64,000 bases of DNA from Chloroflexota bacterium (lineage in GTDB: Bacteria > Chloroflexota > Dehalococcoidia > JABGRK01), in assembly GCA_018648325.1 (NCBI GenBank), contig JABGRK010000010.1, forward strand, positions 8,621-72,620, given 5' to 3'. A program made the translations under genes and the position numbers. Of the stretch, positions 10,745-20,495 are shown one piece after another. The notes beneath the pieces were generated by a model. That model did no database searches. It was not told the origin of the DNA and worked only from the letters and a program-made list of their open reading frames with translations. How positions within the stretch are numbered: the first letter of the stretch is position 1; every line of letters begins with the position of its first letter.

Positions 10745-11272
10745 CTACCGTTGATACCGGCTAACCACGGCCTTAACCCTGGCCTTAAGCTCGGGTTTGC
10801 TGATTGATTTTCTGAAGTATGCGTCTGCTCCCAATCCAACCGCACGCTCCCATGCATGATCGCTGGGATCAGATCCCATCATAATAACGGGGGTGCCGGT
10901 GAGCTGATGGATTTGAGTACATGTCTCGTGGCTATTGGGTAGTGTTTCTGACAGAAGAACCAGTCCCGGATTTTCATCATCCAGCTTCATCAGTCCTTGA
11001 ATGCAATCCAGCGCAATTATAGTATCAAAGCCCGCATCACCAAGCACAGAAGCAATGCCCTCAAGTGAGGTAACATCGTCGTCTATTATCAAGATCGAGA
11101 TGGACTCAGAGGAACGTTCTGCCTTTTCCCCAAACAAATCAGTATCTTTTCTTGCTTCGTTTTCACGAGCTGATATAAGAAAAGTCAGAAGCTCCTTCCA
11201 ACCCTTCTTTATATCCTGGGTCAAAAGATCAAGCTGCTCTCGAGTTGCATTCTTTTTTACGCTCTCTGACAT
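10745..11272 (-). CDS. Receiver (REC) domain protein with a ~55-aa N-terminal extension and no output domain
   Basis: ILIIDDD..DTIIALD..VIMM..K residues of a CheY-like fold lie in the C-terminal 120 aa. It is convergent with the HK/RR pair. Confidence 0.75.
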   Translation of the reverse strand: MSESVKKNATREQLDLLTQDIKKGWKELLTFLISARENEARKDTDLFGEKAERSSESISILIIDDDVTSLEGIASVLGDAGFDTIIALDCIQGLMKLDDENPGLVLLSETLPNSHETCTQIHQLTGTPVIMMGSDPSDHAWERAVGLGADAYFRKSISKPELKARVKAVVSRYQR

Positions 11273-11465
11273 ATCTGCCCTTCTTTAACAATCCTTCAGT
11301 ATTGTAAACCTCAAAAGAGAATATAACAATGGAATTTCGTGGAAATTTGGTAGAAAACGAGTAACAACTTAGTTATCATAACAAAAAGTTATTTGGGAGA
11401 ATATTCGCTGAAATCTGACCAATAGGGTCCTTCAAATATCAAAGCTTACCTGCTAAAATAGCGCC

Positions 11466-12428
11466 ATGCCAGCCAATTTATCAGTACAATACCACGCAGC
11501 CGAAAAGCGCTACAGAGAAGCCAAAGACCCGGATGAAAAGATCGAAGCGCTGGAAGAGATGCTCTCTATCATGCCCAAGCACAAGGGCACCGACCATCTG
11601 CGTGCCGATCTGCGAACAAGAATTGCCAAGCTCACGGCAGAAACGCAGAAAAAAGGCGGTAAGCGCGCCAGCATCTACAACATCCATAAAGAGGGCGCAG
11701 GACAAGTGGCGCTGGTGGGGCTAACCAATGCGGGCAAATCCAGCCTGGTGGCCCTTATGACGCACGCCAACCCCGATATAGGCGACTGGGCCTACACCAC
11801 CAAGATGCCGCTGCCGGGTATGATGGAGTATGAGAACATCAAGATACAGCTATTAGATCTTCCGGCGCTGGACGATCACAGTGCGCATACGTGGATGCCG
11901 GGGGCATTGCGCCGCGCCGACTACCTGATGCTGGTTATCGACCTGAGTCGTGATCCGCTGATCCAGATGCGGGATATAACGGACGAGCTTGCCAAACTGA
12001 GAACAGGCATTGGTAACAGGCCATCGGACTATGGTATCAAACCTGCGATAATCATCGGCAGCAAGTCCGATCACCCCAAGGGCAGGAGCAACTACGATTC
12101 ACTGTGTCGCAAATATAGCGATCAGTTCGAGATAATATCGACTTCCACCGAAAACATGGTCGGGCTGGAAAACCTCAGAAGGCTGGTTTTCAACGCGCTT
12201 AACATCATCAGGGTGTACACCAAGGCCCCCGGGCAGCAGGCGGCGCTGGAAAAACCGGTTATCCTCAAGCAAGGCAGCACGGTGCAGGACGCGGCCAGAC
12301 AACTGCACAAGGACTTTGCCAATGAGCTGAAGTACACCGTTATATGGGGCTCAGGCAAGTACGACAACCAGCGCGTAAAACGGGACCACATACTTGCAGA
12401 CGGCGATGTAGTCGAGTTTCACATTTAG
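11466..12428 (+). CDS. DRG/Obg-family GTPase with a C-terminal TGS domain and non-canonical G3/G4 motifs
   Basis: G1 GLTNAGKSS and G2 AYTTKMP. The C-terminus IIRVYTKAPGQQ..YTVIWG..DGDVVEF aligns with the eukaryotic/archaeal DRG TGS region. G3 reads DLPA and G4 reads SKSD. Confidence 0.7.
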   Translation: MPANLSVQYHAAEKRYREAKDPDEKIEALEEMLSIMPKHKGTDHLRADLRTRIAKLTAETQKKGGKRASIYNIHKEGAGQVALVGLTNAGKSSLVALMTHANPDIGDWAYTTKMPLPGMMEYENIKIQLLDLPALDDHSAHTWMPGALRRADYLMLVIDLSRDPLIQMRDITDELAKLRTGIGNRPSDYGIKPAIIIGSKSDHPKGRSNYDSLCRKYSDQFEIISTSTENMVGLENLRRLVFNALNIIRVYTKAPGQQAALEKPVILKQGSTVQDAARQLHKDFANELKYTVIWGSGKYDNQRVKRDHILADGDVVEFHI

Positions 12429-12676
12429 GTCTGCTTAGACAGCCTCAAACTATATACATTCCACGAAAATTTGGATGTTTATCCACGCATGAGTATGATT
12501 GCTCCATCCTATTCGCATTTTTAAGTTTGATAGCCAATAGTAGATATAACCAATCACCATTATTTCTCAGCATTATGACTCAAATCATAGACGATAATGA
12601 GGGAAAATATTATTGTTGATATAACAACAGAAAACACAGAGTATAATGGCAAGCTAATTGAGATGGAGGTAACAAA

Positions 12677-12898
12677 ATGATTGAACTGGATTTGCGACCA
12701 CTAATACCGCCCGAAAGACATAAACTAATCTTTGAAAACTGGAATGATTTAAAACCAGGCCAGACATTAAAGATTATTAACGATCATGATCCAAAACCGC
12801 TGTACTATCTATTTCAGGCTGAGTATGCAAATCAGTATGAATGGGAATACGAACTGGAAGGACCAATAGACTGGGCAGTAAAGATAAAAAAACTTTAA
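12677..12898 (+). CDS. DUF2249 domain protein
   Basis: The 73-aa sequence (LKPGQTLKIINDHDPKPLYYLFQAE..) matches the DUF2249 pattern found with hemerythrin/NO-stress genes. GGAGG RBS. Confidence 0.7.
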   Translation: MIELDLRPLIPPERHKLIFENWNDLKPGQTLKIINDHDPKPLYYLFQAEYANQYEWEYELEGPIDWAVKIKKL

Positions 12899-12959
12899 AA
12901 GGTAAAGATATTCCAACCGACAGGAAAGCCGTAGAGATGGCTGAAAAGCGAGGTTAATT

Positions 12960-13757
12960 ATGGAGCAATATCTAAATAAAAACATTAAAGAAGTGATAGA
13001 CTTGTTCCCGGCGATAGGAGATATTCTTAGTGAATATGATGTAGGCTGTTCCACATGTCATGTCGGAACTTGCTTACTAAAAGATATCATAGATATTCAC
13101 AATCTTACGGCTAAGAACGAGAAAGAACTAATGGCCAAAATTGCTAAAGTAATCTACCCCGATCGGGAAGTAGAAGCCCTCGATCTAGTGAGTAAAAGTG
13201 GATCCGGCCCTAAGGAAATAAGCTATTCTGCGCCCATGCAAAAACTGGTCGATGAGCATGTTTTAATAAAAAGGTTGATCGCTATAATCCCAAAGCTCAT
13301 CGATAATTTGGATGTTGAGTCCCCAGAGGGAAGGCAACTCATTATTAACAGCATCGATTTTATCAGGTCCTATGCCGACAAATATCATCATGCTAAAGAA
13401 GAGGATATACTCTTTAAATATTTTGATGAGAGCACAGCTATTCTCCAGGTCATGCACGAGGATCACCGGAATGCGAGAGCACATGTAAAGGCTATTGTTG
13501 AGGCATTGGACAGTAGAGATAAAAAGGCAATCGCCGAGCATCTCAATGCGTATCAGGCAATACTGAGCGAACACATAAAGAAAGAGGATGAAATACTATA
13601 TCCGTGGATGGACAGAAATTTATCCTACTCACAGATAGGAAAGCTGTTTTCTGACTTTAACACCAAAGAGGTAGAGTTCGAGGATATTCCCACAAGGTCG
13701 GAAACTTTTATCAAAGGATTAGAGGTAATATACAAACCACCTGTGGTTGTAAAATAA
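12960..13757 (+). CDS. DUF1858 (CxxCHV redox-disulfide-like) + hemerythrin HHE cation-binding domain protein
   Basis: N-terminal DVGCSTCHVGTC motif. C-terminal paired H..E motifs (HHAKEEDILFKYF, HIKKEDEILYPWM) are typical of the hemerythrin fold. Confidence 0.7.
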   Translation: MEQYLNKNIKEVIDLFPAIGDILSEYDVGCSTCHVGTCLLKDIIDIHNLTAKNEKELMAKIAKVIYPDREVEALDLVSKSGSGPKEISYSAPMQKLVDEHVLIKRLIAIIPKLIDNLDVESPEGRQLIINSIDFIRSYADKYHHAKEEDILFKYFDESTAILQVMHEDHRNARAHVKAIVEALDSRDKKAIAEHLNAYQAILSEHIKKEDEILYPWMDRNLSYSQIGKLFSDFNTKEVEFEDIPTRSETFIKGLEVIYKPPVVVK

Positions 13758-13779
13758 CGAAGTTTAAGGATTATTATAA

Positions 13780-14244
13780 ATGAGAGAATTCAATGAAGCT
13801 GACCGCAAAAAAAAGAAGGCAAGGATTCAGATACAGGAAAATCCTGACAACCTTTCCAGGCAAGCACTTGCGCAACTGGAGGACAAGGTAAAGGACTCAT
13901 TGAAAAACGGATATTTATCCTGCCCCACGGCATGGAAAATTGCCAAAGATTTAAGTGTCTCCAAAATAGCCGTAGGGGAAGTTGTGGATAGACTGAGCAT
14001 ACGCATAGAGAATTGTCAGATCGGATTTTTTAAAGTAGCAAAGACTCCCTATGATAATACGGATCACAAAAGCGTTGATGGTGAATTTATCACCGCGCTT
14101 GAAACGCTGGCAGAAAATAAACAACTTACCTGCATGAAAATTTTTGAGTTGTCTGGGCAATTTAAGTTAAAGCCGATGACTATTGCGAACGAGGCGAACG
14201 TTCGGGACCTAAAAATTCGCGAGTGCCAACTGGGGTGTTTCTAA
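13780..14244 (+). CDS. Hypothetical protein with an internal two-fold repeat
   Basis: Repeated blocks LSCPTAW..IRIENCQIGFF and LTCMKIF..IRECQLGCF. No confident family assignment. Confidence 0.5.
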   Translation: MREFNEADRKKKKARIQIQENPDNLSRQALAQLEDKVKDSLKNGYLSCPTAWKIAKDLSVSKIAVGEVVDRLSIRIENCQIGFFKVAKTPYDNTDHKSVDGEFITALETLAENKQLTCMKIFELSGQFKLKPMTIANEANVRDLKIRECQLGCF

Positions 14245-14293
14245 CCAGCGCAGGAATGGTAGCGCATACGGGATTTGAACCTACAATCTAAAA

Positions 14294-15055
14294 TCAAGCG
14301 ATAGACAACCCAAACAACTGCTTTGCGTTAGCAGTGGTTCTATCGGCAACCTGTTGATGATCAAGCTCTTTCAGTTCACAAACAGCATTCAGCACCCTTA
14401 CCGTATCGGCGGGCATTGCCTGATGATCCTGATAATGAACGGGGGTGTCCGTCTCAAGCAACAGGTGATCAAGCGGCATGTCCTTTACCGCGCGTTTGTG
14501 TTCATAGTGATACTCTGCAGCAAGGCAGGCAGATAGGTGATAGCCACCCTCAACAATGCCACGCAACACACTTGACGGGCCGGTGTACCAGTGGAACACC
14601 GCCTTGGTCGCACCCGCGTCTGACACAAGTGCAAGGCAGTCCTTCCAGGCATAGCGCGAGTGGATAGAAAGCGGCTTATCATGCTTTACAGCTATATCTA
14701 TCATGGCCGCAAACACTTCTTTCTGCTGATCCTTGCTTGCCCGGGTTACCAGTTGCTTTTTATAGTCGAGGCCGACCTCGCCCACGCAGACGGCGCTATC
14801 TATATTGTCAGCAACGAACTGTATCTCGCGATCGAGGTTGTCTGACGCGTCGGGGATGGTCCACGGGTAAACGCCGATGGCTGCATAAACGTAGTTTTTG
14901 TACTTTGACGCCAACTCCAAGACAACGTTGTTGGACGCATAATCCAGTCCACATGCAATCAATGCAACAACGCCTGCATCCTGCGACTTACTTATGACCG
15001 AATCAATGTCATCCAGTTCATCCAGATGACAGTGCGTATCAATAACCTTATACAT
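14294..15055 (-). CDS. TatD-family metal-dependent hydrolase/DNase
   Basis: N-terminal VIDTHCHLD motif; 253 aa. Confidence 0.88.
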   Translation of the reverse strand: MYKVIDTHCHLDELDDIDSVISKSQDAGVVALIACGLDYASNNVVLELASKYKNYVYAAIGVYPWTIPDASDNLDREIQFVADNIDSAVCVGEVGLDYKKQLVTRASKDQQKEVFAAMIDIAVKHDKPLSIHSRYAWKDCLALVSDAGATKAVFHWYTGPSSVLRGIVEGGYHLSACLAAEYHYEHKRAVKDMPLDHLLLETDTPVHYQDHQAMPADTVRVLNAVCELKELDHQQVADRTTANAKQLFGLSIA

Positions 15056-15168
15056 AGTATTCTTCCTTGCATCCTATGATATATCAAATAATCTCAAATG
15101 CAAAGCCAGAGTAAGTGCCTATGGCAAACCGCGTTCAAACAGTCTAAAATAGAAAACAGGAAGCAGTT

Positions 15169-15873
15169 ATGACCGAAGATGACGAAAGAATAGAATACGC
15201 AATAAGCAACACTGTTGTTTTGAGGATGCCCAAGCAGACACTATCTACCTTCGGCACGACCAATATCCACTACTACCTGCTAACCAAACCCGTCTACACC
15301 GATCTGATGGGCAAAGGCGAGGCCGCAGATGAAACCGTTGTCAGGGAGGGCAGGGTTATAACAGAGCGGCCCAAGGTGATAACACCCAGCTATCTGATCA
15401 ACCTGGAGGGTTTTTCCAAATACGCCCGAAAGTACCTTGAATCACTGGCCGAGAAGTACGGCTCAAATGCGCCGGGCATTTTCTACAGCTACAAAAACGA
15501 ACCCAAGGACACCTCGGTGGTATCTTCGCCAATGAAAACAGTGATCGAAAGAATCAACAAGGAAATAGATTCTAATAATGACCAGCTTTCCACCATTATC
15601 AAAGGAGTGGATGATATGTGGGATGTATCGGTGATGAAGTTTATCTACGAAGTAACCGAAAGCTCCGTAGGCAAACACATGAGCGAGATGGGATCACAGG
15701 GACTTTTCGATATCGACAGATTGGGTGTTCCTGCCGGCGCAAGGCAAAGGATTGAGGAAATGTTTGCTATAGTACAAAGGGGTGAGATGGAACCAACTGA
15801 TCTAAAGCTGGAGCTTGACAGGTGGGGCCTTTTTGGTCAGTACGAAGATCGTTTTCTATCGCTGTTCAGGTAA
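15169..15873 (+). CDS. Hypothetical protein
   Basis: A 234-aa ORF with a plausible RBS (ACAGGAAG), no signal peptide and no recognised motif. Confidence 0.5.
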   Translation: MTEDDERIEYAISNTVVLRMPKQTLSTFGTTNIHYYLLTKPVYTDLMGKGEAADETVVREGRVITERPKVITPSYLINLEGFSKYARKYLESLAEKYGSNAPGIFYSYKNEPKDTSVVSSPMKTVIERINKEIDSNNDQLSTIIKGVDDMWDVSVMKFIYEVTESSVGKHMSEMGSQGLFDIDRLGVPAGARQRIEEMFAIVQRGEMEPTDLKLELDRWGLFGQYEDRFLSLFR

Positions 15874-15879
15874 TTAACC

Positions 15880-16527
15880 TTAAGTTTTGTGCGGCACCAG
15901 CGCACCCACAGGACACACACTCACGCAATCAAGGCAACCCTTACACTCTGAATCAACCAGTGGAACGCCACCCAGCGTACTGATTACCGTATCAATGCCG
16001 CGGAAGGCAAACTGAAGCTCCCCTGCACCCATCTTTTCACAGGCCCACACACATTTGCCACACAACACACACTTATTAGGATCATAGGTAAATAGCGGAT
16101 GGCTGTCGTCTATGGGCAACATGCGTACTATGGACGGCAGACGTTTGGATTTTAGTTTAAACTTAAGTTTGGCAGAAATATCCTGCAAGGCACACGATTT
16201 GTTTTTTGAGCAATTGGCGCAATCAACATTATGATTGGACATGAGCAACTCGAAGGCGGTGTGGCGAATACGGTCGATACGCTCGCTGTCCGTTGTAACC
16301 ACCATACCCTCAGCCACAGGCTCACTGCATGCGGTAACAGGTTTGTCGCGACCTTCGATTTCCACGAAACACAAGCGGCAGCCGGTTTGCGGGTGTTCTT
16401 TTTCTTTGATAGCGCACAGGTTAGGTATGAATATGTCGGAGTCCAGAGCGGCCCACAGAATCATATCGCCGGGTTTGGCTTCGACTTTCTGGCCATCAAT
16501 TGTTAGCTTAACTTTTTTTTGTGCCAT
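15880..16527 (-). CDS. HoxU/NuoG-N-terminal-like Fe-S subunit (2Fe-2S plus 4Fe-4S clusters)
   Basis: The likely start MAQKKVKLTIDG overlaps the upstream stop (ATGA). Plant-type 2Fe-2S cysteines, a His-ligated cluster motif and two CxxCxxCxxxCP motifs. No molybdopterin or H-cluster domain. Confidence 0.75.
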   Translation of the reverse strand: MAQKKVKLTIDGQKVEAKPGDMILWAALDSDIFIPNLCAIKEKEHPQTGCRLCFVEIEGRDKPVTACSEPVAEGMVVTTDSERIDRIRHTAFELLMSNHNVDCANCSKNKSCALQDISAKLKFKLKSKRLPSIVRMLPIDDSHPLFTYDPNKCVLCGKCVWACEKMGAGELQFAFRGIDTVISTLGGVPLVDSECKGCLDCVSVCPVGALVPHKT

Positions 16528-18446
16528 TATTTCTTTGCCTTTTCCGGTCTTTTTTCTGTTTCCGGTACGGAGCTTGCCGGTGACATCCTGATTATCGCAT
16601 TGTACTCGGGTGGGCAGGCCGCCACGCAGGTATCGCATTTAACGCATTTGTCCTGATCGACAACCTTTATCCGCTTTTTACCGCTGAAGATGGCCTCGGC
16701 AGTACATACGCCAACGCAGGCATCACAGCTTCTTTCACACTTATCTGGGAGGATATAGTAGGCAATAAGGTTCTTGCATTGCAGCGCAGGACAGCGTTTT
16801 TCTATAATGTGCGCCTCGTACTCATCATGGAAATAACGAAGCGTGGTAAGAACGGGATTGGGTGCCGTTTTGCCCAAGGCACAGAGCGAGCCTTCCTCTA
16901 TATCCTCGGCCAGATCGGTAAGCAATTCCAGATATTCCATTTTGCCATTGCCATTAACGATTTCCTGAAGCATATCCAGCATATGCTTTGTACCAAGGCG
17001 GCACATAGTGCACTTGCCACATGACTCCTTTTGAGTAAAGTCAAGGAAGTAGCGCGCTGCCTCCACCATGCAATTATCTTCATCCAGCACCACCATGCCG
17101 CCGGAACCGAATATTGCCCCCGCCTCTTTTAAAGAATCGAAGTCTACGGGCAAATCCAGCGCGCTTTCAGGCAAACATCCACCCGACGGACCGCCTATCT
17201 GCACCGCTTTGAATTTCTTGTGGTGCGGTACTCCGCCGCCGACATCATTTATAACGTTGCGCAGTGTAGTGCCCATGGGCACCTCGACAAGGCCGGTATT
17301 AACCACCTTGCCCGCCAGCGCAAAAACGGCCGTACCCTTGCTGCTCTCAGTGCCAATTGCACTGAACCAGTCTGCACCATTTTCTATGATGAGCGGAACG
17401 GTGGCAAAGGTTTTAACATTGTTTACTACCGTGGGCATTCCGAATAGTCCCTCCGTGGCCGGATATGGCGGGCGATTGTGCGGCATGCCCCTTTTGCCCT
17501 CGATAGAAGCGATTAAAGCGGTTTCCTCTCCACAGACAAAAGCGCCGGAGCCACGGAAAACCTCTATTTCAAAATTGAACTTGGAACCCATTATACTTTG
17601 CCCCAGAAAGCCCATATCCTTGGCCTGATCTATGGCATGCTGTACGGTCTCAACCGCCAGCGGATACTCGGCACGCACATACACATAACCCTGCGCAGCA
17701 CCAACAGCGTAGGCAGCAATAATCATGCCCTCTATTACCGAATGAGGATCGCTCTCCAGAACGGCCCTGTCCATAAAAGCGCCAGGGTCTCCCTCATCAG
17801 CGTTACATATGACGTAGGTAGACTTACCACCAGCGTTTTTGGTTATCTCCCACTTCTGGCCGGTGCTAAAGCCTCCGCCGCCTCTACCTCTCAGGCCAGA
17901 CTTTTTGATCTGGTCTATTACATCCTCTTGAGTCATTTTGAAGATCGACTCCAGCGCAGCGTAGCCGCCGTTTACAATGTAATGATTTATATTCTGGGGA
18001 TCTATATCGCCGCAGTTGCGCAATATCAGCCGATTCTCGTACTCAAAGCGGGGCATATCGTATATGGTGGGGATCAACTCGTTTTCCTCAAGAGCGCCCA
18101 GGGCAAACTCAAGACAGGGGTCGTCTTTGAGCAGACAATTGTCCACCAGTACCGATGCCATGCCGGTAGTAACATAACCATAGATGATGGCAGGCGAGCC
18201 GGGCTTGGAAATTATCACCAACGGCTCAGCATAGCAATGCCCCATGCACCCCACCTGAGCGATTTCAGCATCAATGCCGCGCTGCTCTATCTTCTGCATA
18301 AGTGTATCCAGCACATCAATAGCACCGGCTGCACGTCCGCATGTAGCAGTACCCACAAGAATATGGGTTTTCTGATTATTCCTAAACCGCTCCCAATCGG
18401 CTACGGCCTCACTCTTTATCTTGGGAAAGTCCATGCTTATCCTCAC
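16527..18446 (-). CDS. NuoF/HoxF/HydB-like NAD(P)H-binding flavoprotein subunit with an N-terminal thioredoxin-like 2Fe-2S and a C-terminal 2x4Fe-4S ferredoxin domain
   Basis: GRGGGGFSTGQKWE (FMN/NADH site) and CGKCTMCRLG (N3 cluster). The C-terminus has CDACVGVC..CVKCDTCVAACP. The start overlaps the hoxE-like gene. Confidence 0.88.
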   Translation of the reverse strand: MRISMDFPKIKSEAVADWERFRNNQKTHILVGTATCGRAAGAIDVLDTLMQKIEQRGIDAEIAQVGCMGHCYAEPLVIISKPGSPAIIYGYVTTGMASVLVDNCLLKDDPCLEFALGALEENELIPTIYDMPRFEYENRLILRNCGDIDPQNINHYIVNGGYAALESIFKMTQEDVIDQIKKSGLRGRGGGGFSTGQKWEITKNAGGKSTYVICNADEGDPGAFMDRAVLESDPHSVIEGMIIAAYAVGAAQGYVYVRAEYPLAVETVQHAIDQAKDMGFLGQSIMGSKFNFEIEVFRGSGAFVCGEETALIASIEGKRGMPHNRPPYPATEGLFGMPTVVNNVKTFATVPLIIENGADWFSAIGTESSKGTAVFALAGKVVNTGLVEVPMGTTLRNVINDVGGGVPHHKKFKAVQIGGPSGGCLPESALDLPVDFDSLKEAGAIFGSGGMVVLDEDNCMVEAARYFLDFTQKESCGKCTMCRLGTKHMLDMLQEIVNGNGKMEYLELLTDLAEDIEEGSLCALGKTAPNPVLTTLRYFHDEYEAHIIEKRCPALQCKNLIAYYILPDKCERSCDACVGVCTAEAIFSGKKRIKVVDQDKCVKCDTCVAACPPEYNAIIRMSPASSVPETEKRPEKAKK

Positions 18447-18921
18447 GCTTAATCGCGTCTACTATACCCCGAATCCTGGTAGGAGTTACTTGCCCATGCA
18501 CGGCTTCATCTACCACCGCCACCGGAGCCATGGCACAACAGCCAACACAGGCAACACGCTCAAGGTCAAACTGCCTGTCCTCGGTCACTTCCCCGACTTT
18601 TATACCCAGCTCCCGCTCCCAGGCCTCCGAAATAAGCTCGCCGCTTTTCATATGGCAGGCGGTACCCAGACAAACCTTGACCGGATGTTTGCCGGGGGGA
18701 ATCATGCGGAACTGGTTGTAGAAGGTGACAACACCATATACGGCGCTGGGCGTTATATCGAAAAAGCCGGCAACTTCAACCATAGCCTCCATTGGCAGGT
18801 ATTGCAGCTTGTCCTGCACATCCTGAAGGATAGGGATCATATTTTTGCGCTCACGCTTGTACTTTTTGAGTATCGGAGCTATCTGCTGTTTGATCGATTT
18901 TTCTTCCATCTCAAGATTCAT
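18409..18921 (-). CDS. NuoE/HoxE-like 2Fe-2S thioredoxin-fold subunit
   Basis: CLGTACHMKSGE..CVGCCAMAPV cysteine pattern of the NuoE family; 170 aa. Confidence 0.85.
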   Translation of the reverse strand: MNLEMEEKSIKQQIAPILKKYKRERKNMIPILQDVQDKLQYLPMEAMVEVAGFFDITPSAVYGVVTFYNQFRMIPPGKHPVKVCLGTACHMKSGELISEAWERELGIKVGEVTEDRQFDLERVACVGCCAMAPVAVVDEAVHGQVTPTRIRGIVDAIKREDKHGLSQDKE

Positions 18922-18963
18922 TATACCTTAAATACGAAAAGTCTCAAAACCAGTTTGTGAACT

Positions 18964-18995
18964 AACAAAAAAGGCAGGCCGTTTAAAGCCTGCCC
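18964..18995 (-). terminator. Putative rho-independent terminator between the decarboxylase beta subunit and the hoxE-like gene
   Basis: On the minus strand the stem GGGCAGGC/GCCTGCC with loop TTTAAACG is followed by a TTTTTTG run. Confidence 0.5.
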
Positions 18996-19020
18996 AAATA
19001 TCTGTTTTAACCTTTGTATA

Positions 19021-20247
19021 TTAGCCAATCATGCTGATGAACACTCCGGCGGCCACCGCTGTTCCGATAACACCGGCGATGTTGGGTCCCATAGCATGCA
19101 TCAGAAGGAAGTTTCTGGGGTTTTCCTTCTGCCCCATCCTCTGCACAACCCTTGATGCCATTGGTACCGCCGATACTCCTGCTGCCCCGATCATGGGATT
19201 GATCTTGGTCTTGGAAAACAGGTTCATTATCTGTGCTAAAATTACACCAAACGCTGTAGCTGCCATAAAGGCAACCAAACCCAGTGCAAATATCCCCAGA
19301 GTCTTTTGTTGCAAGAATATAAATCCCGACATCTGGGCGCCCACAGCCACACCCAATAGTATGGTCAGAACGTTCATAAAGCCACCACCGGCAGTAATCG
19401 ATAATCTGTCGGTTACACCACTAACCAGCAGCAGATTGCCCAGCATAAAACTGCCAACCAATGGCGCAGATGCCGGAACCAGCAGTATTATGATGATAGT
19501 AGCCATAAGAGGGAATATAATCTTTTCCCTGTTGGATACCGCTCTGAGCTGCGGCTTCATGTAAATCTGCCGTTGTTTTTTGGAAGTGAACAGCTTTATT
19601 ATAGGCGGCTGGATTATGGGCACCAGTGCCATATATGAATACGCGGCCACAGCTGTGGCCCCCAATATCGTAGGTGCCAGCCTGTTGGTAACAAAGATAG
19701 TCGTAGGACCGTCGGCACCGCCGATTATGCCTATTGAAGCCGCCTCACCCATTTGAAAATCAAACCAGCCCAGTCCCGCTGCCCCCAATCCAAACGCTAC
19801 TATCATAGCGAAATATACGCCGAACTGTGCACCAGCACCCAACAGTAGAGTTTTGGGATTAGCAATTACCGGACCGAAATCGGTCAGCGCACCCAGCCCC
19901 AAAAAGATGAGCGGAGGCATTATCTCCCAGCTAAGTCCATAATGGAATATGCGGGACATCAACCCTACCGGCTCACCGCCAGCCATGTTATACGGTGGCT
20001 GCACATAGTCCTGGTATGGGATAGTCTCTAGTAAGCCTGTACTTGAATTTAAGACCTCATATGCCATCAGCCCCTCGCCGGGCCAGGGAAGGTTAACCAG
20101 TATAACGCCCAGGCCTATGGGGACGAGCAACAACGGCTCCATTTTCTTGGCAATGCCTAAATAAATTAAAGTGAGTCCGATAATAATCATTACCGGATAT
20201 TGATAGTTGGTGAAAAACTCACCAAAACCAGTTTCTAAACCAAACAT
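19021..20247 (-). CDS. Na+-translocating decarboxylase beta subunit (OadB/MmdB/GcdB family)
   Basis: A 408-aa polytopic membrane protein with the conserved C-terminal region (..NPRNFLLMHAMGPNIAGVIGTAVAAG..) of the oadB family. Confidence 0.85.
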   Translation of the reverse strand: MFGLETGFGEFFTNYQYPVMIIIGLTLIYLGIAKKMEPLLLVPIGLGVILVNLPWPGEGLMAYEVLNSSTGLLETIPYQDYVQPPYNMAGGEPVGLMSRIFHYGLSWEIMPPLIFLGLGALTDFGPVIANPKTLLLGAGAQFGVYFAMIVAFGLGAAGLGWFDFQMGEAASIGIIGGADGPTTIFVTNRLAPTILGATAVAAYSYMALVPIIQPPIIKLFTSKKQRQIYMKPQLRAVSNREKIIFPLMATIIIILLVPASAPLVGSFMLGNLLLVSGVTDRLSITAGGGFMNVLTILLGVAVGAQMSGFIFLQQKTLGIFALGLVAFMAATAFGVILAQIMNLFSKTKINPMIGAAGVSAVPMASRVVQRMGQKENPRNFLLMHAMGPNIAGVIGTAVAAGVFISMIG

Positions 20248-20261
20248 TTGTGTTTACCTAT

Positions 20262-20480
20262 TTATTCTATTACTGCTATCTCTGCGCCTGCCTGAACCGT
20301 ATCACCGGCGGCGACCTTTATCTCCTTAACAGTACCGTCTATCGGAGAAACCAGGGGGTTTTCCATTTTCATGGACTCAAGTGTGCAAACTACATCGCCC
20401 TCTGCAATTTTTTCTCCAACTTTAGCCATGACCTCAATTATTTTACCAACCATAGGTGCTTCAATGATCTCTTCTGCCAC
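20262..20480 (-). CDS. Biotin carboxyl carrier (biotinyl-domain) protein
   Basis: 72 aa with the EAMKM-type biotinylation motif (LESMKMENPL) in a biotin/lipoyl attachment fold. Confidence 0.8.
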   Translation of the reverse strand: MAEEIIEAPMVGKIIEVMAKVGEKIAEGDVVCTLESMKMENPLVSPIDGTVKEIKVAAGDTVQAGAEIAVIE

Positions 20481-20495
20481 GTTAGTGCTCCCTTC

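Noticed and set aside
17068-18960. Three long plus-strand ORFs (186, 284, 179 aa) running antisense through the NuoF/NuoE-like genes
   Set aside because: They lie entirely inside well-supported minus-strand genes with strong family motifs. Their composition is Pro/Ser/Ala-rich and they have no RBS, so they are shadow ORFs.
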